In this document: in pieces, positions 9,381 through 20,568 of the stretch
Layout of the letters: each line of letters begins with the position of its first letter
How positions within the stretch are numbered: the stretch's first letter is position 1
NCBI GenBank assembly: GCA_963843555.1
Contig: CAWJKV010000005.1
Span: forward strand, 160,001 to 224,000
DNA from: an uncultured Methanosarcinales archaeon
GTDB lineage: Archaea > Halobacteriota > Methanosarcinia > Methanotrichales > Methanotrichaceae
Direction of reading: 5' to 3'
DNA: 64,000 nt
The notes under the pieces: generated by a model
The model's database searches: none
Told to the model about the DNA's origin: nothing
The model's input: only the letters and a program-made list of their open reading frames with translations
Program-made: the position numbers and the translations under genes

Positions 9381-9707
9381 GTGATCATCTTGAAGAAAGA
9401 AGAATTCTTGGAGCAGATTGAGGGCTTCCTGCTTCCCGAGGTGTTTGATCAGAATCTTCTCGATCATGCTGCAGAGATGTTCGGGAAATGGGGAAAAAGT
9501 ACGCATATGGACGAGAAGGAGCATCTCTTCGAGAGCTTTGGCCTAACCTCCAAACCGGAAGACAGCAATGATCTGAAGAAGCAGAAGACAGCCCTGCGCT
9601 TTGTCTGCACGAAGATGATGGAATCCAATCTCAACCGGGAGGATGCCGTAGATCTCATCCGGAATTTCAATAAGTTCAAAGACCCTGGCTACGAATGGCT
9701 GGAATAA
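9381..9707 (+). CDS. Hypothetical helical protein, possible distant paralogue of the 8726/52184 domain
   Basis: 108-aa ORF; KQKTALRFVCTKMMESNLNREDAVDLIRNF aligns with MQRDELFRILTTCQLNRVPSAMAVDIIKSL. Confidence 0.7.
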   Translation: MIILKKEEFLEQIEGFLLPEVFDQNLLDHAAEMFGKWGKSTHMDEKEHLFESFGLTSKPEDSNDLKKQKTALRFVCTKMMESNLNREDAVDLIRNFNKFKDPGYEWLE

Positions 9708-9827
9708 TTAAGAGAGGGTATTTGGCCGCGGCTGGCGACGGGTCCGCGACGCGTCTGCCTCTCCAACTGGTGCGACCGGCCCAAAGCCAAGGCTCATGAA
9801 GCCTTCTGCCCGGGCGCTCTCTCTCAG

Positions 9828-10400
9828 TCATTCTTTGAGTTTCTTCATCAGCCATCCCATATTCTGGCCCAGGACCTTCATGGTCTGCATTCCTTCCGGA
9901 TCTCGTTCCACATCCTTCTCCGCGAGTCCCATGCCAATATTCCAGTAGCTTGAGCCTGGAATTATCATCTGGTTGATCAGGAAGAAGTGATTGATGGAAT
10001 CGAAGACATGAATCGCCCCCGCCCTGCGGACGGCTACCACAGCCGCGCCCACCTTGCGCTTGAACATATCCCCGTTGGCTTTGCCCACAAATCCCGAGCG
10101 GTCAATGAGGGCCTTGAGCTCCGGGGTGAGGTCGCTGAAGTAGGTGGGCGAGCCCAGGATAATTCCATCCGCCTGGGCCATTTTCTCTATGCAATCGTTT
10201 ATGATGTCTTTATCCAGGGCGCACTTGCCGTCCTTACTCTCATGACACTTAAAGCAAGCGATGCAGCCCGAAATAGGCCCTTTCAGATGAACCAGTTCCG
10301 TCTCCATTCCCTGGCCCTCCAGCTCCATAAGAGCTTCACGAAGGAGGGTGGCGGTATTTCCGTCCCTGCGAGGACTGCCATTAAATGCAACAACTTTCAT
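9828..10400 (-). CDS. Iron-sulfur flavoprotein / flavodoxin-family FMN reductase
   Basis: [40 protein letters not shown]. Confidence 0.9.
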   Translation of the reverse strand: MKVVAFNGSPRRDGNTATLLREALMELEGQGMETELVHLKGPISGCIACFKCHESKDGKCALDKDIINDCIEKMAQADGIILGSPTYFSDLTPELKALIDRSGFVGKANGDMFKRKVGAAVVAVRRAGAIHVFDSINHFFLINQMIIPGSSYWNIGMGLAEKDVERDPEGMQTMKVLGQNMGWLMKKLKE

Positions 10401-10421
10401 CCTTTTTCACCCCATATGTTT

Positions 10422-11528
10422 TCAGATCTCAATCAGCCTGTACTCCTTGTTTCCGAGACCAATTTCGGCCCCATAATCCAGCTGTATATTTCCCAGAGTA
10501 TTCTCCCAGACGCCCAGGAACTTGTCCTTCCCAGGCTCATGATTCCTCTGCAAGAGCGAGTTTGTGAGACCCATCTGCCGGTTCACCAGGTCGAAGCTCG
10601 CCTGGTCGATGGCCACCGGGTCGCGAGAGGCCAGGATGCCGATATCCGGGACGAGGGGAGCATCGCTCCAGGGAACGCAATCGCAGTCTGGGGTGATGTT
10701 GAGCAGGAAATTGAAGAACCCCACCCGATTCTCTTTTCCTGCAACGGCCCCAAAGGCATACTCCGTCAACCTCTCCATGAAGGGCGGAACCTCCACAAAC
10801 CAGTTGAAGTCCAGGGCATGCGTCGGGCAGACGCGCAGGCACTTGCCGCAACCCTTGCATAGATCGTAATCGACAGCCGAGATCTTCTTTTCCACGGTGA
10901 TGGCCTGGCTGGGACAGCTCTCCTGGCAGGCCCGGCAGCCCAGGCACAGCTCTGCATTGAAGATGGGTTTCGCAGAGTGCTGCTCTGCCTTTCCCTGAGC
11001 TGTAGCGCAGCCCATGCCCAGATTCTTAATGGCGCCTCCAAAGCCTGCCGGCAGATGGGCCTTGAAATGAGATACCACTATCAAACTATCACAACTGGCT
11101 ATCTCTCCCGCGATTTTGACCTTCTGGAAGTGTCTCTTGTCTATCTTAACTTCCTGGCAATTGTCGCTTTTCAGCCCGTCGGCAATGATCACCGGTGCTC
11201 CCGCAACGGCGCAGCCAAAGCCGTGCTCCAGAGCTGTCTTAAGATGATCGACTGCATTGGCGCGGCTTCCTCCGTAAAGTGTGTTGGTGTCGGTCAGAAA
11301 AGGCCTGGCTCCCTGTGCCCTGACTTTGTCTGCGATCGGCCGGACAAAGACGGGATTCACATAAGAGTCGTTTCCCTTCTCACCGAAGTGGATCTTTATT
11401 GCCGTCAAATCCCCTTTGTGCACCGCCTCATTCAGTCCGGCGGCATCGAAAAGCCCCTGGATCTTGTTTTGCTTGTTCTCCTGGTAGCTTCTCGCCCTGA
11501 TGCTGGCAAAATACACTCTGCTCTGCAA
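10422..11528 (-). CDS. DUF362 protein with 2x[4Fe-4S] ferredoxin domain
   Basis: KIHFGEKGN, FLTDTNTLY, HFKAH..GFGGAIKNLGMG, two CxxCxxCxxxCP, PDCDC. Confidence 0.9.
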   Translation of the reverse strand: MQSRVYFASIRARSYQENKQNKIQGLFDAAGLNEAVHKGDLTAIKIHFGEKGNDSYVNPVFVRPIADKVRAQGARPFLTDTNTLYGGSRANAVDHLKTALEHGFGCAVAGAPVIIADGLKSDNCQEVKIDKRHFQKVKIAGEIASCDSLIVVSHFKAHLPAGFGGAIKNLGMGCATAQGKAEQHSAKPIFNAELCLGCRACQESCPSQAITVEKKISAVDYDLCKGCGKCLRVCPTHALDFNWFVEVPPFMERLTEYAFGAVAGKENRVGFFNFLLNITPDCDCVPWSDAPLVPDIGILASRDPVAIDQASFDLVNRQMGLTNSLLQRNHEPGKDKFLGVWENTLGNIQLDYGAEIGLGNKEYRLIEI

Positions 11529-11669
11529 TTCTGGCCCACCTCTAAGTAACTGCTATCTGCATCCGGAACTAAAGAAGGTGATGCTTCGATCGATTGGATA
11601 TATTCCAGCTCATATTCAGCCTGAGGATAGCATGTCCATGCGGCCCACGCCCCGCCGGCCTCCTGGATG

Positions 11670-14600
11670 CTATGCTGGAATCGCCTTCTTAGTTGGTTTC
11701 CTATGGGCAGAGGATGTGACGGCTTCCAGGGCCGACCTCAGCTCTTCGATCTGTACCGGCTTGGAGATATATCCATCCATGCCGGCATCCAAGCATCTTT
11801 CCTTATCACCATCCAGGGCGTAAGCGGTCGTAGCCAGGATCCTGGGCCGATTTTCTAAATTCATCTCCAAAATGGCTCTGGTCGCTTCCAGGCCGTCCAT
11901 TTCCGGCATCTGCACATCCATGAGAATCACATCATAATGCTTTCGCCGCACTGCCTGCACGGCCTCCCGTCCATTGGATGCCACATCCGCCTTATAGCCC
12001 AGCTTATTCAACATGAGAAGAGCGACTTTCTGGTTGACCTGGTTGTCTTCTGCCAGCAGTATGGTCAAATCCGGGTGCTCGGCTGGGGGGCAGGAGACCC
12101 TTTTCATCCTGTGATTTTTGGGATGGAGTGCATCTTGCAAAGCGCTGCCGATGCTACTTTTCGTGACAGGCTTGATAATGGAAGTCCGGTTCATCCTATG
12201 CCGGCCCGGCTCGACAAGGGTGATTGTGGGCAGTCTCTTCTGCATCTCCTCCGCCAGCTCTTCGGCACCAGGAACCTCCGCGTCCAGAATTGCGGCATCA
12301 AAACGGCCTTGCGCCAGCTCCCGTGCTTCAAAAGCTGAGATTACGGGATGAATCTGCACCCCCAGGGAGCGGGCGATGGTGACTAGTTCCATCAGGCAGT
12401 CCTCACTGCTTACCAGGGCCATTATCTTCTTTCCAGCCAGATGGAGGTCGGTAGCATCTCCGGAAAAGGGAACCGTCTTGATTATAAAGTGAAATATTGA
12501 GCCCGATCCTTGTTCGCTCTCCGCCCAGATTTTGCCGCCCATGAGCTCTACCAGCCGTCTGCTTATGGCAAGGCCCAGGCCTGTGCCGCCGTATTTCCTG
12601 GAGGTGGAAGCATCGACCTGACTGAAGGACAGGAAGAGTTTGTCCATATCCATCGGAGAGATACCAATTCCTGTATCGGATACACTGAACTGGATCTCAT
12701 CCGGCTCGTCTTTCAATTGCACACGAATTGCTACTCTGCCACGTTCCGTGAATTTGACGGCATTACTGAGGAGGTTGGCCAGGACCTGGCGCAGTCTGGA
12801 AGAGTCACCCATAATGGTTTGGGGAACACCCTCGGCCACTACGTAAATCAGCTCCAGACCCTTCTCTGCAGCTTTTGCGGCTACCATGTCCAGTGAGGAT
12901 TCAAGGCTATCACGCAAACCGAATGGTCGATGCTCCAGCAACATCCTGCCTTCCTCGATCTTGGAGAAATCCAGGATGTCGTTGATGATGGCAAGCAATG
13001 AATCGCCACTGCTGTAAATTGTCTCGACAAAATCACGTTGCTCGAGCGTTAGATCTGTATCGAGCAAAAGTCCAGCAAGGCCAATGACAGAGTTCATTGG
13101 GGTTCGTATCTCATGGCTCATATTGGCCAAGAATTCGCTCTTGGCCTGGGAAGCAGTATCTGCCGCCTGCTGAGCCTGGCGAAGCGCTCTTTCCGTCTTT
13201 TTATGTTCGACCATCTCCTCTTGCAGAGCACCATTAGCCCTTAAAAGCCAGGCCGTCCTCTCCGCTACCCTCTTCTCCAGATCTTCCTGCGTTCTCTTTA
13301 GGGCTTCTTCAGTTCTCCTCCGCATAATGGCGTCCCCAAAGCTCCCGGCCGCCGCGTGAAGTATGGCAATTTCATTATCGATCCATTGCCTCTCGGCATG
13401 GCAGTCATCAAAACATATAATTGCATAAAACCGGCCTTCGATGAAGATGGGCACGAGCAAGAAGGAACGAACTCCATTCCTCTCCAATATCTTTCGACCG
13501 GGAGCCGGGACCTGGGAAGTAATGCCCTGGATGCAATTATCGAGAGCCAGTGCCTCCTGCCACTCTCTGAAAAGGTCGCTATTGGAGAAGCCTCCAGAGC
13601 CTGGCTTTGCAGGTTCCCTGAACCACTGCAGAGCCTGGCTTTGCAGGCATTCATGCTGCGTCGAATCAAGGATCTCCAGAATCTGAATCCGGTCTACATC
13701 GGCGGCAGTGCCCAGGATTCCCAGAGCCACTTGCACGGCATTGGGATCGGGTGTGAGAAGGTAGTTGGTGGCCCTGGCGACCCCCTGTAGCAGCAAGTCG
13801 CGCCTATGCAGCTCTTCCTCAGCCCTGCGTCTCTGGATGAGCTTCCACATACCGCCCATGAGCAGAGTGAGCTGACGCACATCGGCTTCGTTATACTCAT
13901 CCTCCTTATTGCCGACACCAGCCACAATCACTATCCTGCCCTTGTCCATGATGGGCACGTTCATGTGGCGCAAGACCGAAACATGACCGGGTGGAAGGCC
14001 TCGCTTCTCAGTGCAGGAAGGATAATCATTGGTTATTACTGCTCTTCGCTGTCGCACAGCATCGCCCCAAAGGCCCGTCTCCTCCAGAAGGTAGACCATC
14101 TTTTTCTGGTCTATGTTGCATTCCTGCATCGCTTCCTTGGACCAATGGTGCATTACGAGAATTTTCTCCTCTTTATCCACGAAGGCCAGATAGCCGACTT
14201 TTGAGCCGGTCAGCTTCACCCCGGCTTGCAGGGCGAAATCGGTTACCTCTTGTATGGATGCCTCATCCATCTGGTTCAGCTTCAGCAGCGCTTCCAGCCT
14301 GGAATCGTCCAGGAGAAGGGCTTCCTCGGCATGCATGCGATCGGTTATGTTGTAAAAGTTAGCGAGCAGGTAGATAGGCTTCCCGGAATCGTCCAAGACC
14401 CGCGCACAGATCATCTCTGCAGTGTAGGTTTGGCCATCACTCCTCCGTATGGGAAGCTCGCCGCGCCACTGTCCATGACTCTTGAGTGCGGGAAAGATCT
14501 CTTCACGCAGTTTGCTCTTGCCGTCTATGCTCGTGAATTCGAATACCGACCTTCCCCGAATCGGAGATGTATCACTGGAACCGCTGTTCTCCAGAAGGCT

Positions 14601-15230
14601 GCGGTTAACATATTCAATCCTGCCGTCGAGATCAGTAAGCACGATGGCCGTGGGCGCCGTGTCCACGGCTCTTGTCATTTTCCTTATTTCAATCTCTGCG
14701 ACCTTCAGCTCGGTTATATCTCGCACATAACCTGCCAGGCCCAGGGTCATTCCCGACTCGTTTCGCCAGGGGTAATAAATGGAGTCGAGATAGCGCTCCT
14801 TTCCCTGTATTGTGACTTGCACTTCGGTTCGGGCACTCTGGCCCGTCAACATAACCTCCTCTTTGATCCTTCTCACCCGCTGGGCTTCCGAAGGAGAAAA
14901 GATCTGGGTTTCAGTCTTTCCCAGTATCCGAGTTGCATCTCTTCCGAACGGCAATTCCTGAGAAAACCAGGTGTAGCGCAGATCGCGATCTTGCAGGAAT
15001 AGGAAATCCGGAGAGCAAGAGAGCATCTGACGAAAGGCATCTTCACCCGGAGGGGTGCGGCGCTGCCCCTCCAATGATACAGAAATATCGTCCAGATTTC
15101 GCCTCAAATCGTCAAGAAATTCTGGTAAAGATCCGCTATCATGTCCGCTCTCCAGGCAATTATCTACGCGCTGGCGCATGCGTTGGATCTTCGCTTCTAT
15201 CTCGCCACCTGTAAGCTTCTCTTCGCTCAA
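11670..15230 (-). CDS. Hybrid sensor histidine kinase/response regulator (PAS-PAS-GAF-GAF-HisKA-HATPase-REC)
   Basis: [40 protein letters not shown]; receiver [22 protein letters not shown]. Confidence 0.95.
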   Translation of the reverse strand: MSEEKLTGGEIEAKIQRMRQRVDNCLESGHDSGSLPEFLDDLRRNLDDISVSLEGQRRTPPGEDAFRQMLSCSPDFLFLQDRDLRYTWFSQELPFGRDATRILGKTETQIFSPSEAQRVRRIKEEVMLTGQSARTEVQVTIQGKERYLDSIYYPWRNESGMTLGLAGYVRDITELKVAEIEIRKMTRAVDTAPTAIVLTDLDGRIEYVNRSLLENSGSSDTSPIRGRSVFEFTSIDGKSKLREEIFPALKSHGQWRGELPIRRSDGQTYTAEMICARVLDDSGKPIYLLANFYNITDRMHAEEALLLDDSRLEALLKLNQMDEASIQEVTDFALQAGVKLTGSKVGYLAFVDKEEKILVMHHWSKEAMQECNIDQKKMVYLLEETGLWGDAVRQRRAVITNDYPSCTEKRGLPPGHVSVLRHMNVPIMDKGRIVIVAGVGNKEDEYNEADVRQLTLLMGGMWKLIQRRRAEEELHRRDLLLQGVARATNYLLTPDPNAVQVALGILGTAADVDRIQILEILDSTQHECLQSQALQWFREPAKPGSGGFSNSDLFREWQEALALDNCIQGITSQVPAPGRKILERNGVRSFLLVPIFIEGRFYAIICFDDCHAERQWIDNEIAILHAAAGSFGDAIMRRRTEEALKRTQEDLEKRVAERTAWLLRANGALQEEMVEHKKTERALRQAQQAADTASQAKSEFLANMSHEIRTPMNSVIGLAGLLLDTDLTLEQRDFVETIYSSGDSLLAIINDILDFSKIEEGRMLLEHRPFGLRDSLESSLDMVAAKAAEKGLELIYVVAEGVPQTIMGDSSRLRQVLANLLSNAVKFTERGRVAIRVQLKDEPDEIQFSVSDTGIGISPMDMDKLFLSFSQVDASTSRKYGGTGLGLAISRRLVELMGGKIWAESEQGSGSIFHFIIKTVPFSGDATDLHLAGKKIMALVSSEDCLMELVTIARSLGVQIHPVISAFEARELAQGRFDAAILDAEVPGAEELAEEMQKRLPTITLVEPGRHRMNRTSIIKPVTKSSIGSALQDALHPKNHRMKRVSCPPAEHPDLTILLAEDNQVNQKVALLMLNKLGYKADVASNGREAVQAVRRKHYDVILMDVQMPEMDGLEATRAILEMNLENRPRILATTAYALDGDKERCLDAGMDGYISKPVQIEELRSALEAVTSSAHRKPTKKAIPA

Positions 15231-15443
15231 AACTCTATCCCTGCCTGCTCTCAGGGATTGGCATCTTACGTCCTAATCAATATATTGAATCTCCAAAGAT
15301 ATATATTTTAAGTTTATCCGATTGTTCTGCGCCACGACATTGTTTTGCAGCATAGATTGTACACTCTAAAAGGTTGTCCAAAATCATAACTCGCCTGAGT
15401 GGAACTGGTGTTCTGTATGAGAGAATCTCTAAACCATCTCTTA

Positions 15444-15956
15444 CTATTTCCCTATCCCGCGCTCCAACAGTTCAATCAGCTCCTCTGTATTGTACCTCGA
15501 TATCAGATCCAGCAATCTATCCGTCTGCCGGTAAAATCGTCTAACTTTGTCGATCCTCTCCAATGTAGCCAAAGATACATCCACAGAGGCCCGAAGATCC
15601 CTTTCCGTCCTGTCCAGAGCCACCATAATGCTCTGCATTCCTTGCCTCATGTTTATTATCAGATCCTTCTTCAGAGAATCAGGATCGGTTATCGGAATAT
15701 AGTGGTACTTCTTATCTCCCTGTATGATCACCCTTTTGGCCAGACCCTGTCTCTCCAGTGTGCTCATATTGGTGCTTACTGTGGACTTGCTGTAGCCGGT
15801 CTCTTCTACAAGCTGGTCCATGGAAAGTGGCTCATCGGTCAGAAAGAGAGTGCCACGCAAAACGCCTACCGCATCGCAACAGCCGCAGCTATTGGCCCCT
15901 TTGACACAAGCATCTATCATGTATCTTTTTAGGATATGGCGTTCGTCTCGATCCAT
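15444..15956 (-). CDS. GbsR/MarR-family transcriptional regulator
   Basis: Probable start MDRDE; wHTH EPLSMDQLVEETGYSKSTVSTNMSTLERQGLAKRV; divergent from the RND gene. Confidence 0.85.
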   Translation of the reverse strand: MDRDERHILKRYMIDACVKGANSCGCCDAVGVLRGTLFLTDEPLSMDQLVEETGYSKSTVSTNMSTLERQGLAKRVIIQGDKKYHYIPITDPDSLKKDLIINMRQGMQSIMVALDRTERDLRASVDVSLATLERIDKVRRFYRQTDRLLDLISRYNTEELIELLERGIGK

Positions 15957-16041
15957 CCCTATAATGAAGACCACAAATTTTAAGTACTTTTCGCATGTTT
16001 CGGACGTTTGGTCATTTCCGAACGACATTGGAGTGAACTTA

Positions 16042-18387
16042 ATGAAAGGCTTGGAGCGGCTCGGCCAATGGATCGCAGATAATCCTATAATAATCATAGC
16101 GGCCGCACTACTTTTAACTATAGCCTCACTCCACTACGCTCAACAAATCGAGATGCAAGGAATGACCACTGAGAGCATGGTGGGCAAGGATTCACCCCTC
16201 TATCAGATTTATGACCATCTTTATGTTGAGAATTTTGGCACGGAGTCCATCGCCGTCCTGATTGAAGCGAATGATGTCACAAGACCGGAGATTCTTAAGT
16301 CTATGCTTTTGCTTTCAGATAAAATGAAGGAAGCTCCGAATGTGCTGGGAGTAATAAGCATAGCAGATATAGTGGCCGATGCAGAGGAGAACAGGACCGG
16401 TGTGAGAAGCATTCCCGAACAGGAGACGATAGATGAGATTTTATCCGATCCCGGCAATCCGGCAATAAGTGCCATAATGCCTGAGAAAAAGCATACCATG
16501 CTCTCCATCGATCTGCCTGTCAAATTGACGGAAGCACAACTGGGAGAGCTATACCTGGAGACGGGCGGCCAGGTGAAGATGGCAGACTTTCCGCCGGACG
16601 TGGGGGTTACAGTCACCGGTGAACCGGCACTCATGAAATCGATAACCGAGGAGATGGCCAAGAGCAATGGCCCCATTCTCGCCCTGGCGGGATTGCTCAT
16701 GATAATAGCGTTACTGCTCACTTTCAATCATGTAAAGTGGTCTCTCTTGCCTATCCCCGTCGTCTTTCTGGGTGTGATCTGGACCTTTGGAGCCATGGGA
16801 TTTTTGCATATACCTTTCACCATGGTATCAATGTCCGCCTTCCCGGTTCTGATTGGCATTGGCATCGATTATGCCATCCAGTTTCACAACAGGATTGATG
16901 AGGAATTCGCCAAAGGCGGAACGCCAGTCAATGCCGTGATAGAGACGGTCAAGCATGTCTCGAAGCCTGTCATGATCGCTCTGATCATAACCGCTATGGG
17001 GTTCGTCTCGCTTTTGACCTCGTCCGTGCCCATGACCAGAGATTTCGGGCTGATCTGTCTGGTAGGGCTCTTCCTATGCTACCTCTCCGCCCTCTTTGTG
17101 GGAGTGACTCTGCTCTACATAGTTGAGCGAAGAAACTCTGGAAATAGGTCGGGGGATAACACAGACGCGGCTGCCGATGTGGCTGCCAATTTACCAGAAG
17201 ATACGGTCATCGGGGGGATATTGGAACGCGTTTCGGATATCTGCATTCAAAAATGGCGCCTGGTGCTGGCAATAGCCCTCATCCTCTCACTGGGTGGGAT
17301 CTATGCAGACACTCAGGTCCTCGTCGACACCGACTTCAAGAACTATGTGCCTCAGGATCTTGCACCGTTAATTGAATTCAGACATATGAGCGACATCTTC
17401 GGGGGCACGGATACGGTTGAACTGCTTGTACAAGCCGATGACATTACCGATCCTGACATATTGCAGTGGATGGACGAGTTTACCATCTATCTTCAGAATT
17501 CCCGAGATCAAATATCCGGATACGCGAGCATTGCAGATTTCGTAAAACAGGCAAATGGCGGGGAATTGCCCCGGGATCAAACCGAGATCAGAAATCTGAT
17601 CGATGGACTTCCGCCCAATTTGCGGGACAGGTATCTGGACGGTCACAATACTGCTCTGATCGACCTGAATGTGGGCCAGGCTATCAGCAACCTGGGTGCG
17701 GAGGGCACAGACCGGCTCATTAAAGAGATCGACAAAGATGTCGCGTGGTATCCTCCACCACCAGGTGTGTCTGTCCGGGAGACCGGCGACTCAGTTGTAA
17801 TGACCACCGTCATCAGTGCCCTGACCACAGGAAGAACGCAGATGACACTGCTCGGATTGGTATTGATCTTTATCGTGCTCCTGTTCATCTACAGGGACCT
17901 CATCAAGGCGCTCCTGCCGGTACTGCCTATGCTGGTGGTAATCGGCTGGATGGGTGGGGTGATGTACATGACAGGAATGAAATACACACCGCTTACGGCA
18001 TGTCTGGGTGCGCTCATCCTCGGTGTGGGATCGGAATACGCCATATTGATGATGGAGCGCTTCTATGAAGAGCTGGCGAAGGTCGGAGAACCCCTGGAGG
18101 CGCTGAAGATCTCAACACGGCGCATCGGCTCGGCATTGATTGCCTCGGGCCTGACCACTGTATTCGGATTTGCGGCCTTGATATCTTCGCCCTTCTTAAT
18201 CACAAATAATTTCGGGACGGTTACAGTCCTGGCGATAGTACTCGCTCTGTTGACGACCTTCACTGTCTTCGTGGTGCTCATGTACCGCATGGAGATAAGA
18301 CGCGCCGCAGTGGAGAATGCTAAGTACGAGATGTTGAAAGCCCTCCGGCTGATAAAGCCCTGGGGGAGGATGACCGATGAGACTTAA
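16042..18387 (+). CDS. RND/MMPL-family (HAE3-like) transporter
   Basis: Duplicated halves with GIGIDYAIQFHNR and GVGSEYAILMMER; start MKGLERLG at 16042. Confidence 0.92.
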   Translation: MKGLERLGQWIADNPIIIIAAALLLTIASLHYAQQIEMQGMTTESMVGKDSPLYQIYDHLYVENFGTESIAVLIEANDVTRPEILKSMLLLSDKMKEAPNVLGVISIADIVADAEENRTGVRSIPEQETIDEILSDPGNPAISAIMPEKKHTMLSIDLPVKLTEAQLGELYLETGGQVKMADFPPDVGVTVTGEPALMKSITEEMAKSNGPILALAGLLMIIALLLTFNHVKWSLLPIPVVFLGVIWTFGAMGFLHIPFTMVSMSAFPVLIGIGIDYAIQFHNRIDEEFAKGGTPVNAVIETVKHVSKPVMIALIITAMGFVSLLTSSVPMTRDFGLICLVGLFLCYLSALFVGVTLLYIVERRNSGNRSGDNTDAAADVAANLPEDTVIGGILERVSDICIQKWRLVLAIALILSLGGIYADTQVLVDTDFKNYVPQDLAPLIEFRHMSDIFGGTDTVELLVQADDITDPDILQWMDEFTIYLQNSRDQISGYASIADFVKQANGGELPRDQTEIRNLIDGLPPNLRDRYLDGHNTALIDLNVGQAISNLGAEGTDRLIKEIDKDVAWYPPPPGVSVRETGDSVVMTTVISALTTGRTQMTLLGLVLIFIVLLFIYRDLIKALLPVLPMLVVIGWMGGVMYMTGMKYTPLTACLGALILGVGSEYAILMMERFYEELAKVGEPLEALKISTRRIGSALIASGLTTVFGFAALISSPFLITNNFGTVTVLAIVLALLTTFTVFVVLMYRMEIRRAAVENAKYEMLKALRLIKPWGRMTDET

Positions 18388-19429
18388 ATTGGCCTATGTT
18401 GCCCTCTGTCTATTCACTTTAGTGGCCGCCGTTCAGGCTCAAGACACATATATTCCTTTTGAGCTGGGCGGAGACAATTACTACACCATGTATGGTGGTC
18501 CGAGTATCTCAGCTAGCGTGGCCGGGACAGATGAGTTCGAGCGTGGGGATACCGTTTCCCTGTACGCCGATTTGACTAACTATGGAAGGATACTGGGTTT
18601 CAAACAGGATCAGACTCCTCAGAACCCTAAAGAGTTCAATCTAGCAAATAGCGAACTGCAAGAAGAGTACAAGAAGCCTACCGCATTGGGAATTACAGCA
18701 AACCTCGCCTCCAATAATTCCGAGATCGATATAAAATCCGGGAGCCAGGTGGTGGAATCCCTGAAGTCGGGTGATAAGACCCAATCGCCTTTAAAGTTCA
18801 CCATTAAAATTGGAGAGCACGCTCCTGCGGGGATTTATCCTCTGGGTCTAAACCTGTCTTACGACTACCAGGATAACGTCCGGGTCTCTGCTTCCGACCT
18901 TTCAACCAGCGGAGGCTCGCCAACTCTGGTGAACTACAGAGTCTCCTACATCTACCAGAAGGCCAATCAGACATTGCCTATCCTCATCACAGTCAAGAAG
19001 CAGGCTGACTTCGAGATAGTCAATGCCACGGCTTCGCTCGCTGCGGGCGACAAGAAAGCGCCGATCGACGTCACCTACAAGAATATCGGCGAGGATCCCG
19101 TCCGAGATGGAGTGGCAAGGCTGTCCATATTCAAGCCATTCTCTTCCACCGATGACCAGGCATTCATTGGGACCCTAGGTCCGGGAGAAGAGAAGACCGT
19201 CGTCTTCTGGATAGATGTGGACTCAGATGCTACGCCCAAGGATTATGGTATAAATAGCGAGATCAAATATACTGATGTCAATGGCGATACTGTCATCTCC
19301 GAGAGCATGAAGATCCCGGTTTCAGTCAATGCCGCCTCTGCGTCTCTGCTCCTACCGGCAATAGTCATTCTTATCATAATAGTCGCAGCAGGCTGGTATA
19401 TGTATAGAAGAAAACAGAAGAAGGCCTGA
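18377..19429 (+). CDS. COG1361-like S-layer-family exported protein
   Basis: Signal peptide, Ig-like blocks (YKNIGEDP..PFSSTDDQAFIGTLGPGE), C-terminal TM and basic tail; overlaps RND gene end. Confidence 0.85.
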   Translation: MRLKLAYVALCLFTLVAAVQAQDTYIPFELGGDNYYTMYGGPSISASVAGTDEFERGDTVSLYADLTNYGRILGFKQDQTPQNPKEFNLANSELQEEYKKPTALGITANLASNNSEIDIKSGSQVVESLKSGDKTQSPLKFTIKIGEHAPAGIYPLGLNLSYDYQDNVRVSASDLSTSGGSPTLVNYRVSYIYQKANQTLPILITVKKQADFEIVNATASLAAGDKKAPIDVTYKNIGEDPVRDGVARLSIFKPFSSTDDQAFIGTLGPGEEKTVVFWIDVDSDATPKDYGINSEIKYTDVNGDTVISESMKIPVSVNAASASLLLPAIVILIIIVAAGWYMYRRKQKKA

Positions 19430-19835
19430 ACCTGGTGGCAATCTTTCTGTACTCTCTCTTTTTTGTCGCTTGGGGAATAGGCTGATCTGAAATATCGAGA
19501 AGACTTTTTTCTTAATAGTGACAGCAGACGAGTTCCTGTCCGGGGCTTATTGAGCTTGAGCATTGTTCCTCGATCTCTTCTGCCTCATCAGAGTCCCGGC
19601 CAGCTTCTCACACCTGGATGGGAGTTTGCACAGGCGCGTAGCAGCAATATCCAAGATCAGCTAAAATGGTTCAGAGGCCGCACCGGCGTGTTCGGGCATG
19701 ACAGTCCTGGGAGAAAGCTCGTCGCATGTTGTCGCACAGGTCCATACCCTCCGCTGAAGGGAATGTTTCAGCAAAGGAAATAAGGGAGTAGGGGAATATA
19801 ATACCTAATTAATTCCTCTAAAAGGAGTTGGGAAA

Positions 19836-20255
19836 ATGAATTTCTTAAGCAAAAAGAATCTGATAAGCCTATCGTCGCTGCTGCTCATAACGCTGGCACT
19901 TCTTGCAGTAACAGTCTACGCCGCGGATTCAACGAGCGGAGCTGCTACGAATAATACAACGCCTAACAATGTGACCATAGATGTGGTGGCCAATGGCATG
20001 GCCTTTAATACCAGCACCATTACCGTTCCCGCTGGAGCTAATGTCACCATCAATTTCAACAATATGGACGGCATTCCCCACAACGTCGCCTTTTATGAGA
20101 ATCAGGATGCTAAGAAGGCAATATTTGTGGGGGATGTGATCAACGGGCCCAAAACGATCACCTACAACTTCGTCGCTCCAGCCACGCCGGGAACATACTT
20201 CTTCCGCTGCAATGTTCATCCCCTGTCCATGTTTGGGGACTTCATCGTAAAGTGA
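19836..20255 (+). CDS. Exported cupredoxin/plastocyanin-like protein
   Basis: Signal peptide; type-1 Cu ligands H (PHNV) and C-x2-H-x3-M (YFFRCNVHPLSM). Confidence 0.88.
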   Translation: MNFLSKKNLISLSSLLLITLALLAVTVYAADSTSGAATNNTTPNNVTIDVVANGMAFNTSTITVPAGANVTINFNNMDGIPHNVAFYENQDAKKAIFVGDVINGPKTITYNFVAPATPGTYFFRCNVHPLSMFGDFIVK

Positions 20256-20568
20256 GCGAGGGCGAAAGCGGTTCCCACCGCACTTTTTTCAAGAATTCCA
20301 TGGGATGTATGCAGATAAGATTGGATTCGATAGAGAGAGTTCGTTACAGTCACCCTGCAATTGCAAATGCCGCGAGTTCGTAATTATCGATTGCATAAGT
20401 TATAACAATGCGTTATGCAAGGTTTAGCCTTTCAACATGTAGACACCCCGACTGGCCGAGACAAAGCTACTCAAGGAAACGAGGCTAAGAGAGTTGCTAG
20501 CTTTTTGGTGAATGTGCATAAGTCTACCAAGAAAGATTATAAACAAAGGAGACTAACGTTATCCTTGC

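Noticed and set aside
11670..15230. FilI-type quorum-sensing kinase
   Set aside because: No TM helix or CHASE4 input domain; ordinary cytoplasmic PAS/GAF hybrid kinase.
15820..16097. Apparent head-to-head overlap of the regulator and RND ORFs
   Set aside because: Artefact of longest-ORF calling; likely starts 15956 and 16042 leave an 85-bp promoter spacer.
19560..19790. ncRNA or ORF upstream of the cupredoxin gene
   Set aside because: No convincing nested stems, no SRP or RNase P motifs, and the 77-aa ORF lacks coding features.
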